In this document: piece after piece, positions 34,459 through 45,588 of the stretch | Layout: every line of letters starts with the position of its first letter | Numbering within the stretch: the stretch's first letter is position 1 | From: Macrostomum lignano | Lineage: Eukaryota | DNA length: 64,000 bases | NCBI GenBank assembly: GCA_002269645.1 | Contig: NIVC01001071.1 | Location: 62,001 to 126,000 of the forward strand | Reading direction: 5' to 3' | Notes under the pieces: model-generated | Database searches by the model: none | What the model was told of the DNA's origin: nothing | Seen by the model: the letters and a program-made list of their open reading frames with translations, nothing else | Position numbers and translations under genes: made by a program

Positions 34459-35776
34459 CTAAAAAACCCTAAACTCTGATTCTTCAACTCCGCCTCGTTC
34501 AAAGCGCCACACAGACAGATTCTCGCCTGCGCAATGCCGCTCTACAACCAGCATGGATTTGAAGCCTCGACAGCGCATCTCCAAGGCCACCTCCTCTGGC
34601 CGGTTCTCGCGCAGCATCAGCAGGTAAAATGCCGACAGATGCGGCACCGGTCGAAGCAGCCGCTCCGCCTCAGTGAGCAGCCGGTCAATCACTTGACGAC
34701 CGTCGATTCCTCCTGCCCAAGCTGCGGCGATGCCCGAAGTGCCGACTTCATCGTCTGGCGTGGGCACGTAGGGCGGATTGGCCAGAACCAGGTCAGCACA
34801 GCTGGGATGGCATGAGATGGGATACAGTCTTTATAATGATACTTTATAGTCTTTATAAATAATACAATAATAGGTCTTTCGACTATCGGCCCAGCAACTG
34901 AAGATCTGGGAGGCTGGCCCAGCAACTGAAGATCTGGGAGGCTGGCCCAGCAACTGAAGATCTGGGAGGCTGGCCCAGCAACTGAGGATCTGGGAGGCTG
35001 GCCCAGCAACTGAAGATCTGGGAGGCTGGCCCAGCAACTGAGGATCTGGGAGGCTGGCCCAGCAACTGAAGATCTGGGAGGCTGGCCCAGCAACTGACAC
35101 TCTGGGAGGCTGGCCCAGCAAATGAGGATCTGGGAGGCTGGCCCAGCAACTGAGGATCTGGGAGGCTGGCCCAGCAACTGAGGATCTGAGAGGCTGGCCC
35201 AGCAACTGAGGATCTGGGAGGCTGGCCCAGCAACTGAGGATCTGGGAGGCTGGCCCAGCAACTGAGGATCTGAGAGGCTGGCCCAGCAACTGAGGATCTG
35301 AGAGGCTGGCCCAGCAACTGAGGATCTGAGAGGCTGGCCCAGCAACTGAGGATGCTGTAAACTTTTAGACTAAGCCGAGCTTAGGCGTCTGAAGAGAAAA
35401 CTCACACATCTATAATTAGTGGAAACGGAACTCACCCAGAACGAAGACAGCCAGCAAGATCAGAGGCCACAGGCATCAGCTGACAGCAGGTGACTGCAGT
35501 ACACAGTGCGGCAGCTGGGTTCAGATCAGTGCACAGGCAAGCGCAGGAACTACCGCTAACACCACTGCTGTCGCTAAGGACATGCTGAACCAAGTGGGCA
35601 CTGATCACACCGCTACCGCATCCAATTTCAACAGACACGCTAGGCTTGAGCTTCTGTCTCAGATAATCAGCCTGAGAGTCCAGACAGTCAAGGAACAGAA
35701 AGCTGTCCTCGCTGGCTGGATAGACTGTAGTGAAATCACCCTTTCCAGCATGATTAGTGTCTGGTGTGCGCTTCAT
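34459..35776 (-). CDS. N6AMT1: HemK2/N6AMT1 methyltransferase (2 exons: 35776-35436, 34801-34459; 227 aa)
   Basis: VYPASEDSFL, VEIGCGSGVIS (SAM motif I), TDLNPAA; the phase-2 splice GG|GTGAGT...CCCAG|C restores DLVLANPPYVPT (NPPY) and WAGGIDGRQVIDR. Confidence 0.93.
34886..35352. repeat. 28-bp intronic minisatellite (GGCCCAGCAACTGAGGATCTGGGAGGCT)
   Basis: Near-perfect tandem array filling the N6AMT1 intron. Confidence 0.97.
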
Positions 35777-36458
35777 CAAGGTTAAATAATAAATTTCTTA
35801 TTGTTACCAACCATTTAATTTTGCATCAACCAGGCCAACGCATAGGAACAGTGTACATAAGTGAAGATGAGAAATTCAAAAAAGGCTGCTATACACCTAA
35901 GGACTACTTAAGTAGGACAGGAACTGTTTCTCGGAAAATGTTAAGGAGGCTGGTTTTCACTGTAAGATACACTAGAGACAGAAGCTTTTCACTTCTTCAG
36001 CTTAAAAATCTTTTCATTTGGTTCATTTTGAAATCTTTTATCAAAAAACTTTGCTACTAGTTGTGATGATGGGACAAACGTTGCAAAAAGCATTTTACCA
36101 AAATACCTAAAAAACCTCTTGCACTATGTTAATTTTTAAGGTTAACATTACTTTAGTAGCAGATACTATGTACTAAATGCATTTTTTCGCATCAGAATCA
36201 CAGTGTGCCAATTTGGAAACTAGGGTACTAATTGCCATAACTCAAAAAGTAACAAAATCAAAAAAACATTTCTACACTAACTTTACAGTGCTAAAAATTT
36301 ATGATGCTAAAAGTTTCAGTACAGACTCATTGTTTATACCTAATGGAGCAAATCCAAAAAACTTATAACCAGTCAAGTAAACAAACAAGTAAAAATTGCT
36401 ATCACCTTAAAGAATCTCCTAAGCTGGCTAAATAAGCCAATGGAAAAGGTATATTCTT

Positions 36459-39400
36459 TCTAATATACTAAAAATGGTCTGTTTGTATGTGCGTGCGTGT
36501 GTGTGTGTGTGTGTGATCGATTTTAGCAAAAACGGCTGAACCGATTTTCTTCGAACCTGCACTGTTCGATCAGAAATTATTCCGTGACGGTACATGCATC
36601 GTGGCTAAGAAATTGCTCGATGCTAAAGGGATTAAATATTCGAAAAACATGCTTTTTTGCAAAGGTCAAGCAGCTCTTTCAACTTGAAAGGCGTTGTAAG
36701 AATGCTAGAGAAAAAACTGACAGGTTTAATTCTGATTCTGAAATAGATTGCATCACAATAGGCTTTTTATTTATTGTCTGTGTACTGGCTGAATTTTGAC
36801 ACTCAATTGAATTGCGTCACAAGATTGAGTGTGGAAGCATAGCACAATACTTGATTTATATTGCTTAACCACAATGCTAACTTTAATAGAGACTGGTACT
36901 GACTTGCCTAAAAAATTGATTATGTCATAACTGCTTTGTGTAACTTTTACTCAATTGACTGTTGAATTATGTGTGAGTGTTGAATTATATAAGTGCTACA
37001 AATTCATTTATAACTTCAATTAGAGCTAGCCTAGAGCTGAATAGACTGGATTGCTAATGCAGCGACCAGGGTTCGAATCTAAGTAGTGTAAAAGTAGTAA
37101 TGTAATTTTTTTATTGAAAGCTTTTATTAAAAGACTAATTAAAAACCTTTAGATCACCGTGTTTGATAAACCAGGGATTACTGCACTTGATTAGCCAAGG
37201 ATTACTGCACTTGATAAACCAAGGATTATTGCTCTTAATAAACCAAGGATTACTGCACTTGATAAACCAAGGATTATTGCACTTGCAAACCAAGGATTAC
37301 TGCTCTTAATAAGCCAAGGATTATTTCTCATAATAAGCTAAGGATTATTTCGCTTAATAGGCCAAGGATTACTGCACTTGATAAACCTACTGCACTTGAT
37401 AAACCAAGGATTACTGCGCTTGGCAAATCAAGGATTACTGCACTTGATAGGCAAAGGATTACTGCACTTGATAAACCAAGAATTTTTGCTCTTAATAAAC
37501 CAAGGATTACTGCACTTGATAAACCAAGGATTATTGCACTTGATAAACCAAGGATTATTGCTCTTAATAAGCCAAGGATTACTGCACTTGATAAACCAAG
37601 GATTATTGCTCTTAATAAACCAAAGATTACTGCACTTGATAAACCAATGATTATTGCTCTTAATAAACCAAGGATTACTGCGCTTGATAAGCCAAGGATT
37701 ACTGAACTTGATAAGCCAAGAATTATCGCTCTAAATAAGCTAAGGATAATTGCTCTCAATAAACCAAGGATTACTGCACTTGATAAACCAAAGATTATAG
37801 CACTTGATAAACCCAGGATTATTGCTCTTTATAAGCCAAGGATAATTGCTCTTAATAAGCTAAGGATTTTTGCACTTGGCAAACCAAGGATTACTGCACT
37901 TGATAAACCTACTGCACTTGATAAACCTACTGCACTTGATAAACCAAGGATTATCGCTCTTAACAAGCTAAGGATTATTGCACTTGGCAAACCAAGGATT
38001 ACTGCACTTGATAAACCAAGGATTACTGCGCTTGGCAAATCAAGGATTACTGCGCTTGATAAACCAAGAATTATCGCTCTTAATAAGCTAAGGGATATTG
38101 CACTTGGCAAACCAAGGATTACTGCTCCTAATAAGCCAAGGATTATTGCTCTTAATAAGCTAAGGATTTTTGTACTTGGCAAACCAAGGATTACTGCACT
38201 TGATAAACCAAGACAAATCGCTCTTGATAAGCCAAGGATTATTGCTCTTGATAAACCAAGGATTATTGCTCTTAATAAACCAAGGATTACTGCGCTTGAT
38301 AGGCAAAGGATTACTGCACTTGATAAACCAAGAATTATCGCTCTTAATAAGCTAAGGATTATTGCACTTGATAAACCAAGGATTATTGCTCTTAATAAGC
38401 TAAGGGTAATTTCACTTGGCAAACCAAGGATTACTGCTCCTAATAAGCCAAGGATTATTGCTCTTAATAAGCTAAGGATTTTTGTACTTAGCAAACCAAG
38501 GATTACTGCACTTGATAAACCAAGGATTATTGCTCTTAATAAACCAAGGATTACTGCGCTTGATAAGCCAAGGATTACTGCGCTTGATAAGCCAAGGATT
38601 ATTGCACTTGGCAAACCTAGGATTACTGCACTCGATAAACCAAGGATTACTGCACTTGATAAACCAAGACATATCGCTCTTAATAAGCCAAGGATTATTG
38701 CACTTGGCAAACCTAGGATTACTGCACTCGATAAACCAAGGATTACTGCACTTGATAAACCAAGGATAACTGCACTTGATAAGCAAAGGATTATTGCTCT
38801 TGATAAGCCAAGGATTATTGCACTTGGCAAACCAAGGATTACAGCACTTGATAAGCTTGGCTACATGTATGGGATTCTTTCTATCCAGGGATGCTTGCTA
38901 TTCAGGGATTCTTGCTATCTGCAGGATGCTTGCTATCTGGGTGGATGCTTCTACAGTATCTTGCGATGCTTGCTATGTGCAGGTTGCTTGCTATCTGGGG
39001 TGAAGCTTGCTACGTGTACTAAGGGATGCTTGCTATCTGTTGTTGCTTACTTTTGGAGGGGGGTGCTTGCTATCTGGAGGGATACTTGCTGTCTTGGGAA
39101 TATTTTCTATTTAGGTGGAATGTCTGTTATTTTTGTGAAAGCTATATTTTGTTGTCGGTTTGTTAATTTTAGAAAAAAAGAGATTCATAGCAAATATCAT
39201 TGTCCGTGACAATTTTACATAAATAAGGTGATTTTTAAAAGTGAAGAAGGAATTGGTGTTTAACACCAGTGATGCCTCTGCATGATAGGCAACTGTGTTG
39301 CCTTTGGGTAACAATATTTTTTGCTGTAGCTGCTTTTCCAGCCATTGCCGAGCGTACTGCTTGCACCGCTACAGAAGTAGTACGCTATTGCTTTGAAAGA

Positions 39401-39572
39401 AGGCAAGTATGGTTGAATTGTCAGTTCTACACAAGCATGTTTTGTTAGCACATAAGCCCCAGAATTAAAATGAGAATTCGATTCCTAGCCCCCCTCCCTA
39501 AGAATTCTTTTCATTTTAAAGGATTCGTCCCTTGCTTATTGGCCACCCCGAAGGGGGGCGCTAGATTGCTAG
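36459..39572 (+). mobile_element. Solo non-autonomous Helitron-like element E
   Basis: 5' TCTAATATACTAAAAATGG + (GT)n + same 5' module and tRNA-like cassette as units B-D; 3' CACCCCGAAGGGGGGCGCTAGATTGCTAG|T (CTAG 39569-39572). Confidence 0.78.
37165..38856. repeat. 24-bp satellite (TTGATAAACCAAGGATTACTGCAC), Sat-D, inside Helitron E
   Basis: Tandem 24-mer; generates the spurious 520-aa (KPRITALD)n ORF. Confidence 0.96.
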
Positions 39573-40224
39573 TTAGCACTAATATTGTATATGGTAGACT
39601 TTTATATTTTAGGCAACATCTATGGCCTAGACAAGATTTTGGTCTACTGACAAGATAACTTTACCAATAACCATGTGCAAACCTAGTAAAGAAGCTATAA
39701 TAGAGGGTAATAGCCAGTTTCCCTTGCTTGTCCTAATTCTGTAGACTTTTAAAGCAATTGTAAAATAAGGATAAAGTCAAAGATATTAAATATAAGTACA
39801 ATCTAGCTCTTGTAGTTAAGGCTAATGGACTTCAAGACTAAGACTAGCAGTCAAGGTTTGCTAAATAAAGTAAAATCAAAAATTTTATAAGTAGTAGATT
39901 ACAAATATAGATAAGCATATAGCTTGTATATCCCTATATGGCCCCTTTGTATATGTATAAACAAATATATTTGACCAATATATATTTAAAATGATTATAC
40001 TCATAAAGCCTATGAATATAACATTGACAATAGAGTTAGCAAGGGAAATATCTAACTAAGTGATTCTTATTTATTTATTTTTCTATTTTACCTATTGCAG
40101 CTAAGTTCTAAACCATGCTAGATGTCTCCTCTGTCATTTAATGCTAGACTATACTAGCATACTAGACTAGACCCATACCATATTTAGGCTTTTTATTAAG
40201 ATTGTGCGATGCTCAGATGGCAAC

Positions 40225-41900
40225 TTAGATGGCAAGCAGCAATGGAGCAAGTTGGTTGTTGCTTGCCAAATGCAGTTCACTCCCATCTAACACCAAGGCC
40301 ATGTTGCGGCCTTGGTTTTTCACATATTTGACAGTGGAGAGTGGAATGCCCGAAGTTGGCTGATACAAAACGCGCTCGCCTTGGTTGAACGTGGAGACTA
40401 CAGGAACAAGCAGTTGGCATCCGAAAACAATCTCAGCTGGTGTCTTGCCCCTACTTGTGGATGAGTTTTGGTGATGAAACAGCAATCGCTGTAGATAGGG
40501 AACAAATTCAACGTGGGTGGTTTGTTCATTCCAGGCCCACAGAGCTTGTTTGACTGTCTGGACTGCTCGGCGCTTGCTCAGCCGATCCATTGGCCTGGGG
40601 ATAATAAGTTGGGGATTCCATCTTCTTTATGCCATTTTGGTGCAGCCAGCTCCTCAGTGAATCGCTGACAAACTCCGGAGCATTGTCCGAAACTAAAAGT
40701 TCAAGCATGCTAAAGCATTTGAAAACAGTTCTGAGGCATTTAATGATCTGATCTGTGGATCAATCTTTACAGGGAAAGGCCTCGATCCAACCAGAGAGAG
40801 AGTTGACTGCTACCAGAATGTTTCCAACATTCTTTATGTACACCCAGTCAACATGAAGCTTTTGAAATGGGTATTCAGTTGATGGCCATGTGTCTCTGGT
40901 CTTCCCCAATCTGGGCTGCAACCTGTTGCATACATCACACTGGCTGACAAATTGCTCGATGTCAACGTACATTCCAGGCCAACAGCAGGACAAGCTCATG
41001 AAGTTGAGTTTCACCAGAGACCCAGAGTGAGTGTCATGCGCTGCATGAAAAGCTTCTTTCCACAGTCTTGGCAGAATGTAGACTTGGCGACCCTTGAACA
41101 ATAAGCCGTCCTTGATAGTTAGGCATTGCAATATGGCCTGGAATGGTTTCTCAGCCTGAGAACAGCCAGCCCAGTTTTCTAAGTGAATTTGGTATATCAC
41201 TTTTTTATGAGCTCATTCAACTCTAGCTCTGCAGAAACCTGGTTCTTGGAAATAATAGATGGCTTGAAGGCAATGCAATCAATGGCTTTGCAGACTTCTG
41301 CCGAATCATTTGAATTGTTAGATGAGTCAGTGAAGCGTAGGCGAGAAAGCGCATCGGCATGTGGAATCTTCTATCCTAGTATATAGCATATGGTGTAGTC
41401 ACGGTGCATCATCACGAGTGCCCATCTGCTAATGCGAGCGAAGGTATTCAGCGGCACCCCGCGAGACTGGCCGAAGAGCTGTTTGAGAGGCTTATGATCC
41501 GTCTGTATTGTGAAGTGGCGGCCCAGTAAATAGTGCTTTAGCCGGCTGACTGCCCCAAAAAAATGGCAAGGGCCTCTTGCTCTATGTTTGAATAGTTTTG
41601 TTCTGCAGTAGAAAGACACCGAAAAATATAGATCATAGGATGGCTATCTTGCGTGACCATTCCTGCAAGCACTCCATTGGAGGCATCTGTGGTAAGAGTG
41701 AGTTCCTTTTCTAATGAGTATGGCTGGACTATGGGTTGAAAGGCAATCTCTGTCTTGAGTTGTCTAAAGGCTCGGTCATACTTAGCTGTCCACTGAAAGT
41801 TGGTGTCTGCTTTGTGCAATCAATTCAGTGGCTGAATCTTTTTAAAGAAGTTGGATACTAGCCTTCCAAAAAAGTTTATTAGACCAATGAACTGTTAGAT
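40225..41900 (-). pseudogene. Decayed Gypsy pol remnant (RT C-terminus, RNase H, integrase)
   Basis: TTDAS...YSNIEQEALAI, FTIQTDHKPL, HADALSR, H-H-C-C zinc region, LHVDW, SDNAPEF, YYPQANGSAE; many stops and frameshifts. Confidence 0.9.
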
Positions 41901-43290
41901 CTCATATATGGCTGAATTTCAAATAATGCCTTTTTACTTTAAACTTAGTCTTAATTTTTCATTAAACTACTTAGTTTTTTTATATTATTATATCAATAAT
42001 CAATGTTGCTATATATTTTAGATTTTTTATATGCTTTGTCAAATATACATGTGCAACCCCTTGATTTACACTGACCATATAACTTGCTTTTTGACTAAAA
42101 ATGTGACTTACCTATAAAAGAAGCCTTATACTTGAATTTGAAGCAAAATTAATACAATTATATATATAAACAATGGGAATAACTATAAGTATCTTATTAA
42201 GGCTAAATGGCAAATGCTTTGTCATCTAATTAGTCTGTCTTTTTTGCTGGGTATTTCTACAATTTACTCTTGGTCTACTACAATTTACAGTGGCTAGTTA
42301 GCCAAGTTGACCATCAGTTGTATAATATATGTTTGTAAAACTATACAAGTGTAAAAACTAAGATAGAGACATATCAATATGGCTTTAGGCTTTAGCCAAA
42401 GTCATCATATTCAAGATAATTATAATCTGTTAATCAATATTATATAATTATATTAATATTTAGTTTAGGCCTAGGCTAGGCTAGGCTATGCACTAATAAT
42501 AATTCAATTACAATAAATTGTTTCAATAAGAATATTTTACAAAATTTTAACAGCAATTTAAAGAACAAATTGTATATTGAAAACAAACAGCAGAAAATTC
42601 AGATTTTATGATATCACTATCAGCATCAAAATTATATTATGAATAGGTATATGCCTACTATACACTGTCTATTAGGCCTATACCTCAATCCAGGCAGATG
42701 ATGAGATGATCATTAATGCCCAAGTTGAGCCAGGTCTGGCAAGTGCAAAAACAACTTATAGGCCTAGACTCTAAAATATTTCAGATTCTGATTAACTATG
42801 AAGAATATGATGGGCCTTGGTTTAATAGAACATAGGTCTATAGTAGTTATAAAACTATAAAACAAGAAACAACAATGACCAGGCCGAATTATAATATAGC
42901 TGTAGGCTTGGGCTATGGCCTATGATTATGAATATGACATCATAAGAGACCACGTGCTTTTTTAAAATAACAGTACATACTTCAAATGAATTGTTAACAA
43001 GCATGAAAATATTAGTTCCAGAATATCAGAATCGGTTCGGATCTTCCAAGAAAAACAGCAGTATAACTATTTAATTCTGTTGAATGTTTGACTGCCTTAA
43101 CAAACTCACTTAGGCCCTAGCACAATTTTTCACTTTCTTCTTGGCGATTGTCATTCAATAATAAAAACTTAATAGCACATATCTCCCTCTAGTTATGGAG
43201 ACAAAAAGTTATACTTCACAAATTGGTTCTGGTTCTGGAACCAGAACAAGCAATATGAAAAGGCCCATTGTTGTACTGAGGGCCGTCAGT

Positions 43291-44118
43291 GCACAGGGAC
43301 GTTTCGGTGAACGGACGTTTCGGCTAAAGCCGCTGAAGTAGCCTTTTCGGTTAAAAATTCTTAATAAAAGAATAGAAAAAATCAAAAATAAAATACTCTT
43401 TTGAAAGTCTGAACTTTTTAGCAAAAAATAGACTATTATAGAGCTGTTAAGAAAGCTTTATTTGTTTTAATGTGAAAAGTAATTTAAATTTTCCGCTGAC
43501 CCGAGAGTCGGACCGAACTTTCGGGAGAAAGTGGTCCGTTGATCCTTTACTGCGGCGTGATTTTGGCGTGAAAGGTCCCCGTACAGCAATCCGACGTTGG
43601 CGCCGTTAGTCGACTCTGTAGAATGTACATGTTTATGACAGACATGTACATGTACTATTCATTTCTTTGTCGACTTCCACCGACTTCAACGGCCACCCCG
43701 GATTGCTGTACAGAATGACTGTGGTGTTGTGAATTTATCCATAAATATAAATTCCCGCTCCTCACCACTGCATGGGTGAGTGTCACTGCAAACAGTTTGA
43801 ATTTGACACTCTACTAGATGCACGCAATAAGCTCCTAAATGCGTGCATACAACAAGAAATGATGCAGCTATATGCATGTAGGTTCAGATGTGAGATAAAG
43901 TAGCACACGTTCGGTTAAAAATGGACGAATGTAATCTTCGTCGATTCCATCACAATCTACGCGAAATTTTCTTTGTATCCATTTTTGTTTTCTATTTTCG
44001 CGTACTCTTATTTCATAATTTATATCCGAAACCCAACCTTGAACCGAAACGTCCAGTTTCTCTCTCGATGAACTATTATCCTAAAAGTCTGTTAACGAAA
44101 CGTTTGGTTTCCCCGTGC
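43291..44118. mobile_element. Possible non-autonomous DNA transposon with imperfect TIRs and an internal foldback
   Basis: Left GCACAGGGACGTTTCGGTGAACGGAC versus right GTCTGTTAACGAAACGTTTGGTTTCCCCGTGC; internal inverted GTACAGCAATCCG / CGGATTGCTGTAC (~43581, ~43699). Confidence 0.4.
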
Positions 44119-44197
44119 CAACTGTGGTAACTTGGCCTGCGTGCGCGCCGGGCGGGTGCTGGGTTAAGTTGTTTTGATGTCTCAATTACTCCCGCTG

Positions 44198-45429
44198 TAA
44201 ATGATATATTCTTCTGCACTATTTTTGAGTGTGGTAATGACATTAACACTCAAAAATAGTGCAGTAGAAACATTGCTATACACTTTTGGTGACAATAACA
44301 CGCGCGTAGGATGCGTGTTAATGTCATTTTGGACATTAACACGCAACGGCAATTGAAACATTGAACAAAGGGTAAATTTTTTTTATGTTAGAAAACCATC
44401 AAAAACTGTTCAACAAAGAAATCGTATGTTAATCAGTTAATACAAGGCCTACACAGAAACGTCACTCAAAAAGAATATTGATCAGATTGCGCCTGCCGCC
44501 AATGGTCACTTTCATCTTCTTTGATGGAGCAGCCCTGCACACGTAGTGCGCCGTCGGTCTGGACAGGCTCTTGATAAACATCCGCACATTCCTCCATCGT
44601 AGCCTCGCTTATTGTGATTGTATTTTGGACGAGCTAGCTTAACGATCAATTATTATTGACATTAGTTTCGGAAACTGTATGATTCAGCGCCTGATCCACA
44701 GCCAGAGATGCCCTATACAAACTTCGATCACGTCGCCTCGATAAGTAGCGCTTAACAGTTCGCTCACACTTTCGCCCAGTTATGAGCAAGATCTCCTGGA
44801 TAGTCTGGCCACAGGCATCCAGGTGGCACGCTCTAGTTACTCTGCAGTTTAAGAAAAGTAGGCAACTGATTTGTCTAGATGCAAATGTGTTCACAGAGAA
44901 ACATTATGAATATGGTGGGCATAAGTGCAGGTCAAACTACCTACCATATGCAGCGGTCGGTGTACACCTTAGTAAGGCCTGCTTTCTCACTGACGTTCTT
45001 CATAAACTTCTCGGAAAATCTATAGCGGTTCGCTGCATCTCGACTGTCTATATAATGACCTTGGGCATGATCGGATGTTACTCATGAAATCTCACCATTC
45101 GGCATAGCTCCGTAGTGAAATAGAGGAGGCAGAACTTCTGCCACTGTAGTTGGCTCTGCGTCAGCCATGGCGATTTCGTTTGCGTAAATGAATTATGCAA
45201 GCAATCAAATCTGCTGTTTTTCTACTCAGCTCCCTTAAACCTTCCGTCTCCCTCTTTATGGGGTCAAAAAACTACAGTATGCATATTAATGTCGATGTGG
45301 GCCATAGACTAAAATTTATTTAAATTTCATTTTAGAAAGTGGGGGCTTCGCCCCCACACCCCCATTCTCACTCTCCCCCTCCTCGACTCCTTCCGGCGCC
45401 AACGAATGCCATAGACGAAAGCGCATAGC
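44198..45429 (-). mobile_element. Insertion in the 5' LTR carrying a Crypton-like tyrosine recombinase fragment
   Basis: Absent from the 3' LTR, no TSD seen. Minus strand reads MKNVSEKAGLTKVYTDRCI[intron 44944-44842]xVTRACHLDACGQTIQEILLITGRKCERTVKRY, resembling the YR H-x-x-R...TGH...Y C-terminal motifs. Confidence 0.55.
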
Positions 45430-45588
45430 AATGTACTTTGCTAGCGTGGGGTACGGTATTTAGGGTGAGTATAGGCGATCGATAATAAAATACGAGCTAT
45501 ATAGTTTCAGTAAAAATCTGGCTTTTCGCAGCCTGCAATGTTGTGTGGCTTTTGTGTCACAAAGTTCTGACTTGAATTTATTTTACTG

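Noticed and set aside
34689-35345. ORFs with 28-aa repeats
   Set aside because: 28-bp minisatellite in the N6AMT1 intron; removing it restores the NPPY motif in frame.
37647-39209. 520-aa ORF (KPRITALD)n
   Set aside because: Translation of a 24-bp satellite inside a Helitron-like element; the monomer simply lacks stops in this frame, and there is no unique domain.
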